From Octopus sinensis (Eukaryota), in contig NC_043000.1 of assembly GCF_006345805.1 (NCBI RefSeq), forward strand, positions 151,528,001 to 151,592,000: a stretch of DNA of 64,000 bases. The letters run 5' to 3'. The position numbers and the translations under genes are program-made. Positions within the stretch are counted from its first letter, which is position 1. Each line of letters begins with the position of its first letter. Below are positions 21,391 through 33,364 of this stretch, piece after piece. Below the pieces are notes generated by a model, which made no database searches, was not told the origin of the DNA, and saw nothing but the letters and a program-made list of their open reading frames with translations.

Positions 21391-21791
21391 ATCCGTTCGT
21401 GGCCGTTTGCCAGACTCGTCTGGCACCACCATCCGTTCGTGGCCATTGCCAGCGCCGCCCCGACTGGCCTCGTGCCGGTGGCACGTAAAAAGCACCATCT
21501 ATTCATGGCCGCTGCCAGCCTCGCCTGGCCCCCGTGCCGGTGGCATATAAAAAGCACCATCCAATCGGGGCCGTTTGCCAGACTCGTCTGGCACCTGTGC
21601 CGGTGACACGTAAAAAGCACCCACTACACTCATGGAGTGGTTGGCGTTAGGAAGGGCATCCAGCCGTAGAAACATTGCTAGATCAAACTGGGCCTGGTGC
21701 AGCCTTCTGGCTTCCCAGACCCCAGTTGAACCGTCCAACCCATGCTAGCATGGAAAGCGGACGCTAAACGATGATGATGATGATGATGATG
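21391..21791 (+). mobile_element. Family C: RTE 3' UTR retrocopy with three to four tandem units of about 60 bp
   Basis: Repeated GTGCCGGTGGCACGTAAAAAGCACC units, (GAT)n tail. Confidence 0.88.
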
Positions 21792-21859
21792 AAATGGATG
21801 TTAAAATAATATAAGTAAGAAATACATTTTTGGTGTCAAGGATATTGCAAAATATATGG

Positions 21860-22276
21860 AAATGTGGTTAAGAAGCTTTCTTTATTGTTAAACAACCACA
21901 TGGTTTCTGTTTCAGTTCCTACTGCGTGGCACCTTGGGCAAGTGTCTTCTACTATAGCCCTGAGCTGATGAATGCCTTGTGAGTGAAGTTGGTAGATGGA
22001 AACTTTGTAGAAGCTCATTGTGTGTGTGTGTGTGTGAATAGATAGATAGATAGATAGATGTGTGCCTGTATTTGTCTCCCCACTTCCACCACTCAACAAC
22101 CAGTGTTGGTTTGTTTATGCCCTTGTAACTTAGCAGTTCAGCAAAAGATATCAATAGAATAAGCACCAGACTATAAAAAAAATTACTGGTGGGGGCTGGG
22201 GTCTATCTGTTTGACTAAAAACCTTCAAGGGGGTGCCCCAGCATGGCCCCAGTCCAATGACTGAAACAAGTAAAAG
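21860..22276 (+). mobile_element. Diverged SINE family A
   Basis: Head, microsatellite and tail recognisable. Confidence 0.75.
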
Positions 22277-22287
22277 GTAGAAGATAC

Positions 22288-22460
22288 TTAACCCTTTCGT
22301 TACCAACCTGGCTGAAACTGGCTCTGTCTCTGAGTACAATTTATGTTCCTAACACCAGCTTAATGATAACTAAGTTATTTTACTAAATTCTTTGTTATAT
22401 TTAAAGTAATTTAAAGAAACACAGAGCATCTCAAAATAAATACAGTAACAAAAGGGTTAA
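22288..22460. mobile_element. TTAA/piggyBac-like MITE (family H), internally deleted
   Basis: TTAA|CCCTTTCGTTAC ... GTAACAAAAGGG|TTAA; shorter version of 44702-44924. Confidence 0.85.
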
Positions 22461-22910
22461 ACACTAAATACTTCAAATAACAATGGAACATTTAGAACAC
22501 TGAACTAAAAAAAAAAAATACCTGATACAGTTTTGTTTTATCTTTTGTTTTGTAATATTGAGGTTATTGTCACTTGTAAAATATTGTTTATGACCAGAAA
22601 ATTCTGTACTTTTTGATGACATTTGAGTCTATTGTTTGATAATAATATTGAGGTTAATAATTATGAAAAAATTATTTCATCTCCCAGTATCATGAAAGAT
22701 TCTTGTTTCCTGACATTCTCCTAACCATTAATATTTTTAATATTTAATTTTTGCTGGAACCTGCTGTTTATGTACTCTATTTTACTTTCAAAAACTTTTT
22801 TTTTTACATTTGCAATTCTTTGTCTTTAGCAGTGCACTTAGTAACATACAATACAGTCTCAACTTCACTTTGACAATTTTTAAAGTTTTCTATGAGAAAT
22901 GATGTTCATT

Positions 22911-23317
22911 AGGAGTGGCTGTGTGGTAAGTAGCTTGCTTACCAACCACATGGTTCCGGGTTCAGTCCCACTGCGTGGCATCTTGGGCAAGTGTCTTCTG
23001 CTATAACCTCGGGCCGACCAAAGCCTTGTGAGTAGATTTGGTTGACGGAAAGCCTGTCGTATATATGTATATATATATGTATGTGTGTGCGTGTGTGTTT
23101 GTGTGTCTGTGTTTGTCCCCCTAGCATTGCTTGACAACCGATGCTGGTGTGTTTACGTCCCCGTCACTTAGCAGTTCGGCAAAAAGAGACTGATAGAATA
23201 AGTACTGGGCTTACAAAGAATAAGTCCTGGGGTCGATTTGCTCAACTAAAGGCGGTGCTCCAGCATGGCCGCAGTCAAATGACTGAAACAAGTAAAAGAG
23301 TAAAAAGAGAGAGAGAG
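22911..23317 (+). mobile_element. SINE family A
   Basis: As above. Confidence 0.9.
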
Positions 23318-24310
23318 TTGATTTATTTTGATTTTTTTGAAAATGATAATAAATTTATTCAGCTGTTTGGAATAAGTTCATAAAACTTTTGTCTTTTTAC
23401 ATATCCAGTTTTATTAATGCCATTATCTTTATCAACATAACCAACATATCATTTTCATTGCTACTATAATGTGAAGAATCAAGTTCACAATTTACAGCCT
23501 CTGGCCCATTATAATGACAATGAGAAACCTTACAAACACTGCTCCCATTTTAAAGGATGGTTTCTATTACTGCTCAACACTTAACAAAATATTCAAGGTT
23601 GTTTATGCTATTGTTGACTCATTGCCATCTGATTCCATTGAATCTTTTATCCTACTGCTAACTTTGCTTTCTTCCTATTTACTTCAGCAAGTGCCCTTTC
23701 CTTCTACACCATACAGTTCATATCATGCATATATCTTTACAACTGTCACTCCTTATAACACCTCTTTCAATAATCCTAAGCTGATTTTACAGTTTTAGTT
23801 TGTTTGTTTTTTTGTTTTTTTGTTTTTCTCTTTTTTTTTTTTTTGACACTGTCATATTTTTCAGTTGTGTGCGTCCTCTGTCTCCCAAAGATTTTTGAGA
23901 AATTCTTCCCTTAAATCAAACCTCTGTGTTCTGCTCTCTGGCACCTTCCTGACTCGGCACCTCCCACTTGGAGCTATGTTGTTATTTGGTCCCTTCCATT
24001 AAGGGGATAATTTAGTTGTTTGGTCCCACCCTCTTTTCTGATCTCTGGCTGAGAAACATCTCAGCCAGTGTGATAATTAGATGCCACTTTGATAAGTTCA
24101 GTATGAATGTGTCGAATTGTACAATTATATGATGACAGAGGGCAAGACTTTTATTAGCCCCATTTGGATTATATTGCTAAATTGAATTTATTTTGATAAT
24201 TATCGAAACTTTTATTAGAAGCCCTAGTGTTGGAGAAGGTGGAAATTTAGTCCTGTTAGATAAAAGATATAAAGGAAATCATTACGTTGAATTTTATAAA
24301 GGTTGTTTAT

Positions 24311-24341
<31 letters not shown>

Positions 24342-24355
24342 AACAACTACTACTC
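24311..24355. repeat. (TAC)n microsatellite
   Basis: Direct inspection. Confidence 0.9.
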
Positions 24356-24656
24356 TTTTACAGGTTTTATCCATTGATCACTGGAATCATTATTAATAAC
24401 TATTTTTTATATAAAGAAGTAAAATTATTGCTGATATTTCAGTTTTTTGTTCCTAGTAAATTTTTGTGAAAAGTATATTGATATACTAAACATAATTTAT
24501 ATATATATATGTATGTATATTTATATATGTATGTATATTTATATATATATGTATATTTATATATATATATATATATATATATGCCCTCATGCCATTGTTT
24601 TTGAGTTTGTTTTCTTTGTTTTTCCAATTTAATTTTTATTTCAATAATTATAATTA

Positions 24657-24868
24657 GGTGGCGAGGTGGCAGAATCATTACTATGCCAGACAAAATGCTT
24701 ACCGATATTTCATCTGTCTTTACATTTTGAGTTCAAATTCTGCTAAGGTCAGCGTTGCCTTTGAACCTTTCAGGCTTGATAAAATAAGTGTCAGTTGAAC
24801 ACTGGGGTTGATGTAGGGAAATAGCCCCTTCCCCTGAAATCATTGGCCTTGTTCCAAGTTTTGAAACC
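24657..24868 (+). mobile_element. SINE family B2
   Basis: B head and core with CCCCTTCCCC...GGCCTTGT tail variant. Confidence 0.8.
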
Positions 24869-24877
24869 ATCTTTGTC

Positions 24878-25197
24878 TTTATTCTTTACTCAATTATGCC
24901 ATCAGAGTGTGGCCATGCTAGGGCACCACCCTGAAGGGTTTTAGTCAAGCTAATCAGTCCCAGTACTTATTGTATCTTTTGCCAAACTGCTAAGTTACAG
25001 AGGATGTAAACAAACCAACACCAGTTGTGAAGGGGGGGGCAACACTGATACAAATAGACACTCATATATATATATATATTTGTGATGGGCTTCCACAGTT
25101 TCCCTCAATGCATTAGTCAGCCCTGGGTGATAGTGAAAGACACTTGCCCAAGGTGCAGCACAGTAGGACTGAGCCAGCAATCACATGGTTACCAAGC
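24878..25197 (-). mobile_element. Diverged SINE family A
   Basis: GGCCATGCTAGGGCACC and GACACTTGCCCAAGGTGC motifs. Confidence 0.7.
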
Positions 25198-25379
25198 CTT
25201 TTTGTCTTTTCATTTACACATTACCACAATTTTAGAAACAAGAGATATATCTAATTAAATCAACTCTATTACTTGCCCGGTACCTCTTTAACCAATCCAA
25301 GAGGGATGAACAGCAATTAGAGCATTAGTAACGATTTTCACCCAGAAACAATCAGAAAGTAGAAAGCACACTGTTGTAA

Positions 25380-25780
25380 TCTTTATATATAAAAGTGAGG
25401 TTGTGTGCTGCCTGTCTCCTACGATTTAGATTCCTAACTACTCCCACATTTTGCGGTGCAGTTTAACCAAAACCGGGTATCTTATAGTCGTGATTCATAT
25501 CGAGCCCTTCTGGGTATTAGCGCGCGTCTACAATGAGTCTACGATTTTAAAAAAAATTTACCATCATTTTTTTCCATTTTAATGCATTTTTTCGCTATTA
25601 TATAAGGGAAGTAACTCTCTAAAAATGTCTACGATGAGTCAACGATTTTTAAAAAAATTTAACCATCAATTTTTTTCCATTTTAATGCATTTTTTTGCTA
25701 TTTTTTGGCTATAACTCTCTAAAAATGCTTATATAGTTATTTCCCTTACAAACCCGAGCAACGCCGGGCGATACTGCTAG
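25380..25780 (+). mobile_element. Non-autonomous Helitron (family J)
   Basis: A|TC start, CCCGAGCAACGCCGGG hairpin, CTAG|T end; copies at 57458 and 61453. Confidence 0.85.
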
Positions 25781-25811
25781 TGTTAAATATACTAATATTC
25801 TATTTAAATAA

Positions 25812-25995
25812 GGCAGCAAGCTGGCTGAATTGTTAGCACACCAGGCAAAATGCTTAGTGGCCTGAGTTCAAATTTCACTGAGGTTGACTTTGCATTTCAT
25901 CCTTTCAGAGTCGACAAAATAAGTACCAGTTGAACACTGGGGTCGATGTAATTGACTTATCCCTCCTCCAAAATTGCTGGCCAAACTTTGAAATT
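25812..25995 (+). mobile_element. SINE family B2
   Basis: B head and core with B2 tail. Confidence 0.8.
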
Positions 25996-26157
25996 AATGT
26001 TCTGTTTAAATGTCATAGTCAAGTAGTCAAGTTATATCCTATAACATTGGTGCTAATATTATCTTAATCTTTGTACATATTATGTGGTTTGTTAGTATTA
26101 CTATTGCATTACTGCTTTTTTTAAAAATTGAATTAGATTAAAATTACATAATCAGCA

Positions 26158-26417
26158 TCGCCTGGCCCCGTGCCGGTGACACGTAAAAGCACCATCCGTT
26201 CGTGGCCGTTCGCCAGCTCTGTCTGGCACCAGTGCAGGTGGCACGTAAAAAACACCCACTACACTCGCGGAGTGGTTGACGTTAGGAAGGGCATCCAGCC
26301 GTAGAAACACTGCCAGATCTGACTGGGCCTGACGAAGCCTTCAGGCTTCACAGACCCCAGTTGACCCGTCCAACCCATGCTAGCATGGAAAGCGGACGCT
26401 AAATGATGATGATGATG
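26158..26417 (+). mobile_element. Family C: RTE 3' UTR retrocopy
   Basis: Two tandem units, palindrome, (GAT)n tail. Confidence 0.88.
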
Positions 26418-26729
26418 TATAATAGTTTTAATCAAAAACAAGATCACATTTCTTGTTATAGCACTCTATAATCTTCTTGGTAGCTAATAGATATGTTTTT
26501 GTTTAGCACTGGGCCAGCCTTGATCAAGCAGACCTATAAAAAAAAAAGGCATTCTGGCCAAGGTATATGAATGTCTTATTATTTTTGTATATATCAGGAA
26601 CTACATATTCCCTTTATAATCTTTTTATTAGAGACAGTTGAGTGTGATTTAAGGGAATTTAGCTGTTATTTTTAGCTAGTCAGTTGACTATATAGAGACT
26701 TCCCTCTGTGTTAGCTAATATAGAAATAC

Positions 26730-27005
26730 TATCTTTTATCTTTTACTTGTTTCAGTCATTGACCTGTGGCCATGTTGGACACCACCTTGAAGGGTTCAGT
26801 TGAACAGATCAACTTCCATATACACAAACACAGACACATACACGCAAGCAATAAGCTTCCACACAGTTTCCATCTACCAAATTCATTCACAAGGCATTAG
26901 TCAGCCTGAGGTGTTACAGAATACGCTTGCCCAAGTACTGCACACTGGAACTGAATCTGAAACCACATGGTGGCAATGCAAGCTTCTTAGTCACATAGCG
27001 ATACC
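26730..27005 (-). mobile_element. Diverged, internally deleted SINE family A
   Basis: Tail and head motifs recognisable. Confidence 0.65.
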
Positions 27006-27496
27006 TGCCTTCTTTATTTAAGAGAGTAGGATATATTTCAAAGAATGTTTAATTGTTATTTCTAGCGCATCAAACAACCACATAGATGCTGCCTGGTTAG
27101 CATTATTAGTGAAGTTATGTATGGTGCCAGAGGACTGCAGGCCATATAGTCTGAAGTTTGAACCTTACCCTTACTACAACATTTGTGATGTCTTCCTCAA
27201 ATTGTCCTCATTTGGGGGTATGACTTCTATTCCACTTCTCATCTGAAATTAATTGAAGACCATCACTACAAACATTGTAGTAGGAATGTTGCTCAAAATT
27301 GATGCAACATAGGATGAGCTAATCAGGGGGCACCTATAGGTAACAGTAGGAAGGGCATCCAGCTGTAAAAGCAGTTATTCCAAAATGGGAGTGTGTTTGG
27401 GGAAGGAGGGAATAGCTCATCATTGCTAGTGTATAAAATGTACTTAAAACAATTTTTAAAAAATATTTCCTCAGAAATTTTATTTGCATTTTTTAC

Positions 27497-27530
<34 letters not shown>

Positions 27531-27934
27531 CATACATACACACGCATACACAAGCATATATACACACATGCACACAAATAAGTTGCTATTGTGAGAAGTT
27601 AGCATCTGCTTTACTCATCAATGTACTGTCGAGTGTATTATTACATCATAGCTTCTATAATTTTACTGAAGAGGTCACGTAGAGCATCTGTGCATTTCCT
27701 CTAAGCAGTTTTCCACATACTATACACACACACACACATTTAGTCATTCAGTCATTCATCAAAATACATTAAAAAATGAAATCTGTGGTAGGTAGTTATA
27801 ATAAGAGTGCTCAATGAAACTAATGTCTGAGGTGGAACCAGACTCCTGGCTAACTTAGTCTGTGGCTATATTTTGAGTCCATCTCTACCATGGACATTTC
27901 TTGTTATTTATTGTGCTATCTTTGGGAAAGATAA

Positions 27935-28385
27935 GGTGGTAAGCTAGCAGAATTGTTACCATGCCAGGCAAAATGCTTAGCCATATTTTGTCTGTCTTTA
28001 CATTCTAAGTTCAAATGCCACCGAGATTTTGCCATTCATCCTTTTGAAGTCAATAAAATAAATACCTATTTCTTTATTACCCACAAGGGGCTAAACACAG
28101 AGGGGACAAACAAGGAGAGACATAGGTATTAAGTCGATTACATTGACCCCAGTGCGTAACTGGTACTTAATTTATCGACCCCGAAAGGATGAAAGGCAAA
28201 GTCGACCTTGGCGGAATTTGAACTTACGACGTAACGCAGACGAAATACCGCTAAGCATTTCGCCCGGCATGCTAACGTTTCTGTCAAATAGAACTAAAAT
28301 CAATACCAGTTGAACACTGGGGTCGATGTACTCAGATTGCCCCCCCTCACCCAAAATTGCTGGCCTTGTGCCAAAATTTGAAATC
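27935..28385 (+). mobile_element. SINE B2 interrupted by antisense SINE B1 (28060-28284)
   Basis: Host halves resume at TAAAAT-AATACCAG on both sides of the insert. Confidence 0.82.
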
Positions 28386-28786
28386 AGTATCTTTGGGAAA
28401 GGCTTAAACCTCATAACTTCTATTCCATTTCTCGTCTGAAGTTAATTGAGGACTAACACTAACTACAAACAAACCTTTTATGTTTGAATAAACTCAATTG
28501 CATGCAATAGACAAGCTTTAAACTTTAAGCTTGTGCGTTTGTTATGTTCATTTATAGCTCTCATGTGTCCCCACGAAATAAAGTTATTAATTTCTATTTC
28601 TTAATTAATGAACAGTTATAATATCTGTTTTGATTGATATCAACAAAACAGATGCAGCAGGCAGGCTTTGAAATGATCTTCACAGATTAAATCTGTTAAA
28701 TAGAACTAAAGTTATAAAAATTGTGTAAGGACTTCATAAAAACCGTGTACATTTGTCTGCATATGCACACATACACTCACAAATAA

Positions 28787-28818
<32 letters not shown>

Positions 28819-29457
28819 TGTGTGTGTGTGTATATATACTCACATGCACACATATACATATATTGGTATAGTCAGTAATATGAATTGACACGTTATTAAT
28901 TCATACATGGATTTTAACAATACATGTTTGTATTTTACTCTGTAATCCTATTGATTACTCTGTTTTTGTTCATATAAATATATATATATGTATGTATGTA
29001 TGTATATTACATAAAATCTTAGTATATTTCATATATGAACGGTTTTATTTGTATGACAAATGGATCTCTTTGAACTAACGTATATAGTGATATAGTTTGC
29101 TAAGCTCATTTCATAGGACAGAGTTAATGCCGTTTCTTTTAATGTCGTCTTTTTTTTGTATGTATATTTATGCCCATGTTTTTATGAGTTAATTTTGTTC
29201 TATCAGGCTACAGCTGTTACTTTAGTGACTATACTGAAATATGGATAGTAAGTAATGGCTTTATGTGAAGTGGAGCATGTCTAACTAGAATGAAAAGTCA
29301 TTCAACTATCTGCCCTTCACATCACCAAAGGAAAATAAAATCAACCGAGCTCACTTTTAATTAACTGTAACTTAGTACTGAAATTTTGCTGTAATTATTG
29401 AATGGTATTAGAAAGTCACATGGAACAGGCGTTAATTTTGATCTTTTTATTACCGTT

Positions 29458-29473
29458 ATCATTATTATTATTA

Positions 29474-29507
<34 letters not shown>
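29458..29507. repeat. (ATT)n microsatellite
   Basis: Direct inspection. Confidence 0.9.
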
Positions 29508-29508
<1 letters not shown>

Positions 29509-29513
29509 ACTAA

Positions 29514-30500
29514 GGCAGCGAGCTGGCAGAATTGTTGGCAAGCCAAGCAAAACACTTAGCTGCATTTCATCCGTCTTTACATTCTGAGTTCAAATTCCAC
29601 CGAGGTCAGCTTTGCCTTTCATCCCCTTGTGGTCAATACCCACAAGGGGCTAAACACCGAGAGGACAAACAAAGACAGACAAACGGATTAAGTCGATTAT
29701 ACCAACCCCAGTGCGTAACTGATACTTATTTAATCGACTCCGAAAGGATGAAAGGCAAAGTCGACCTCAGCGGAATTTGAACTCAGAATGTAGCGGCAGA
29801 CGAAATACTGCTAAGCATTTCGCCCAGCGTGCTGACGATTCTGCCAGCTCGCCACCTTAAGTACCAGCTGAGCATTGGGAGTCAATGTAATTGACCAGAC
29901 CCTTTCCCTGACAAATTTCAGACCTTGTACTTCTAGTAAGATGGCAAGCTGGCAGGATTGTAAGCATGCTTAGTAGTATTTCATCTGTTTGTATATTCTG
30001 ATTCTACCTAGGTTAACTTTGCCTTTCATCCTTTCAGGGTTAATGAAATAAAAGCACTGGACAAGTATTGGGATTGATGTAATCGATTACCCCCTCCCCC
30101 CAAATTTCAAGCCTTCTTACATTAGAAAGGATCATTATTATTATCATTAAGGGGGCGAGCTGGCAGAATTGTTAGCACGCTGGACAAAATGCTTAATGGT
30201 ATTTTGCTTGTCACTCCATTTTGAGTTCAAATTCCACCAAGGTCGACTTTGCCTTTCATCCTTTCGGGGTCGATAAAATAAGTACCAGCTGGACATGGTC
30301 GATGTAATTGATTCACCCCCTCCCACAAAATTGCTGCCCTTGTAGAAAAATTATTATTATTATCATTGAAGCTAATGAATTGACAGAATTGTTATGATGT
30401 TAAGCAAAATCCTTTGCAGTAATTGCTCTATTTAGCTCTTTAAATTCTGAGTTCAAATTCCTCCCCATAAAGCTGCTGGCCTTGTGCCTACATTAGAAGT
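29514..30500 (+). mobile_element. Head-to-tail array of four SINE B2 copies; first interrupted by antisense B1 (29637-29858)
   Basis: Heads at about 29514, 29938, 30151 and 30369; the later copies separated by (ATT)n tails. Confidence 0.8.
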
Positions 30501-30647
30501 AGTTTTAAATACATTTTTCAATGTTCCATGGGTTGTACAGGTCTGCAATACAGCAAGCACCTTTGCATGCATTGCAATCTTGAATTATAAGAGGTTCTGA
30601 CTTTCTAAAATTACACACACACACTCATACATATATGCATATATATA

Positions 30648-31028
30648 GTTGAAAAATGCCGTTATAGATATAAATACACCATAAACAATTATAGAAAAAT
30701 GGAGGAGAAAAAGATGTTGCATCAAAATTAGATTTAATATAAAATAGGATTCAATACATACGCACGTTTCAAAGGACAATACAAATATGTAAGAAAAAAA
30801 TTATGATTACATTTATGCATTGTCATTCTCATCAGTGTGAAGAATTTTCGGAAGGACATCAAAAATGAGAATGACATTTTTTCTTACGTATTTGTATTGT
30901 CCTTTGAAACATGCGTATGTATTGAATCCTATTTTGTATTAAATCTAATTTTGATGCAACATCATTTTCTCCTCCATTTTTCTATAATTGTTTATGGTAT
31001 ATTTATGCCTATAACAATATTTTTCAAC
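30648..31028. mobile_element. Foldback element/MITE with inverted arms of about 150 bp
   Basis: TA|GTTGAAAAAT ... ATTTTTCAAC|TA; about 10 mismatches between arms; inner TGTCATTCTCA/TGAGAATGACA repeat. Confidence 0.8.
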
Positions 31029-31269
31029 TACTATTTTCATATTCTTACTACTTGCTCTGGCAGTTTTTTTAAGAATATGATGAATCTTTATTAGAAATTG
31101 TTCTTTTTTGAACTCATTTTTCCCCACTTATGTGTGTGTATGTATGTATATATATTAGGGACCCATTTTATTTTCTCTGTTACCCCCAGAAAGTGTATGC
31201 CTTTGGAAATAATGCTATCAAAGTCCAGTTTGAAGTTGTGTTTATTTGAGAGAGAACAGTGTAGTTGAT

Positions 31270-31692
31270 TTAACTGATTCCATTGGCCCCAGAAAGATGA
31301 AGGGCAAAGTCAAGCTGTGCAGGATTTAAGCTCAGAACGAATCTAAATAAGTGCCTACCATAAGGTATTTTAGTCAAGCATTTTACTGTTTCTCTGTCCT
31401 GTGTACATGCTTGGAGAAATGCATAGGTAGACAAAGTGATTCTTTTTAACCCTTTAGCAAATAATAATAATAACAATAATACTTTCTACTTAGAGACACA
31501 AAGCCTGAAATTTTGGGGTAGGGAACTAGTTGATTACCTCGACCCCAGTGTTTCATGGGTGCTTAATTTATTGACCTCGAAAGGATGAAAGGTAAAGCTT
31601 GCTTTGGCTGGATTTGAACTCAGAGTGTAGCAGCCAACGAAATACTACTAAGCATTTGGCCTGCAGTGCTAACGATTATGCCAGCTCACTGC
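31270..31692 (-). mobile_element. Two tandem SINE B2 copies
   Basis: Fuller copy 31461-31692 with (AAT)n tail; partial diverged copy about 31270-31400. Confidence 0.7.
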
Positions 31693-31920
31693 TTTAATCT
31701 TTGAATAATGACAACAGCAGCAACAATAATAATAATAATAATGGTTCTTGTGCCCCCTCCCACACACACAGGCGTGCACTAGAGTTTAAAATCAATAATT
31801 ATATAGAAGAAAGTATGGATAATTGAATGAGTTCCAGAATATTTCTAGAATGTCTTATGTTTAACTCGAAGGAAAGACAAAGTTAACTTTTCTTAGATTC
31901 TATCTCAGAACTAAATATTA

Positions 31921-32143
31921 CTCTTACTCTTTTACTCTTTTACTTGTTTCAGTCATTTGACTGCGGCCATGCTGGAGCACCGCCTTTAGTCGAGCAAATC
32001 GACCCCGGGACTTATTCTTTTGTAAGCCCAGTACTTATTCTATCGGTATCTTTTGCCGAACTGCTAAGTGACGGGGACGTAAACACACCAGCATCGATTG
32101 TCAAGCAATGCTGGGGGGACAAACACAGACACACACACACACA

Positions 32144-32188
<45 letters not shown>

Positions 32189-32371
32189 TATATATATATA
32201 CATATATACGACAGGCTTCTTTCAGTTTCCGTCTACCAAATCCACTCACAAGGCATTGGTTGGCCCGGGGCTATAGCAGAAGACACTTGCCCAAGATGCC
32301 ACGCAGTGGGACTGAACCCGGAACCATGTGGTTGGTTAGCAAGCTACTTACCACACAGCCACTCCTGCGCC
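31921..32371 (-). mobile_element. SINE family A, full length
   Basis: As above. Confidence 0.92.
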
Positions 32372-33062
32372 TATTAGTGCAATTCTTTTTTTTTTTTTTT
32401 TTACGTTGAAATAAGGAAATAGTACTTGATGATTTTCAACTACTTAACTACTCAGTAAATTCATTAGCAAATTATTAATAAGTCCTTTTTATTTTTATTT
32501 TTATTTTTTTTTGCAATCTGTTGACAGAATCGTTAATACAGTTTCAATGTATGTGTCGAATGTACTTTATATTATGACATTTAGATGGGAATTATGAACT
32601 TTTTCTCTAAATGTCACTTATTACGTCTAAAAACTAATCAATCTCGTCAACGAGTATTTTAGGAATACATCACACTGCACTATAAAAAAAAATTAAGTAA
32701 AGGGAAAGAACTGTGTAGTAATATTTATTCATGCATTATTTCCCTTGTTCATTGTCTTCCTGCCTGTATTACGTTTTCCTTTATTTTTTTTTCTGCTTTC
32801 GGCTTCAAATCAAAAATACTCTTTATATAATTTCACACGTATATATTTATATAGATGGATATATTTAAATGATAGGTGCGTACCATGAATATCAGCTTAA
32901 TGGGAACAATTCTCAAATTTCATAAATTGTAGAAGTGTTCGGAAAAAAAAAATTTTTTTTTTTTAATAAATACTTTATGGATTAAATACAATAAATAATT
33001 TTTGCAGATTAATCTGCAATACATAACACACAAGTGAATATTTAAATTATCTCGTAATGTGT

Positions 33063-33364
33063 CTCTTGTGCCGGTGACACATAAAAAGCACCATCCGAAC
33101 GTGGCCGATGCCAGCGCCGCCTTGACTGGCTTCCGTGCCGGTAGCACGTTAAAAGCACCAACCGATCGTGGCCGATGCCAGACTCCCGGTGGCACGTAAA
33201 AAGCACCCACTACACTCACGGAGTGGTTGGCATTAGGAAGGGCATCTAGCTGTAGAAATATTGCCTGGTGCAGCCTTCTGGCTTCCCAGATACCCGGTCG
33301 AACCGTCCAACCCATGCTAGCATGGAAAACGGACGTTAAACGATGATGATGATGATGATGATGT
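33063..33364 (+). mobile_element. Family C: RTE 3' UTR retrocopy
   Basis: Three tandem units, (GAT)n tail. Confidence 0.88.

Noticed and set aside
21391-21620. CRISPR-like direct repeats (GTGCCGGTGGCACGTAAAAAGCACC)
   Set aside because: Intervening sequences are homologous to each other rather than unique spacers; part of an RTE 3' UTR in a eukaryotic genome; no cas genes
24045-24068. Perfect 10-bp hairpin CTGGCTGAGA-AACA-TCTCAGCCAG
   Set aside because: Isolated, no U-tract or second copy; plausible by chance in 64 kb
24260-24301. Plus-strand micro-exon candidate DKRYKGNHYVEFYK
   Set aside because: Weak donor (gttgtt); the following acceptor leads to an immediate stop; no partner exons
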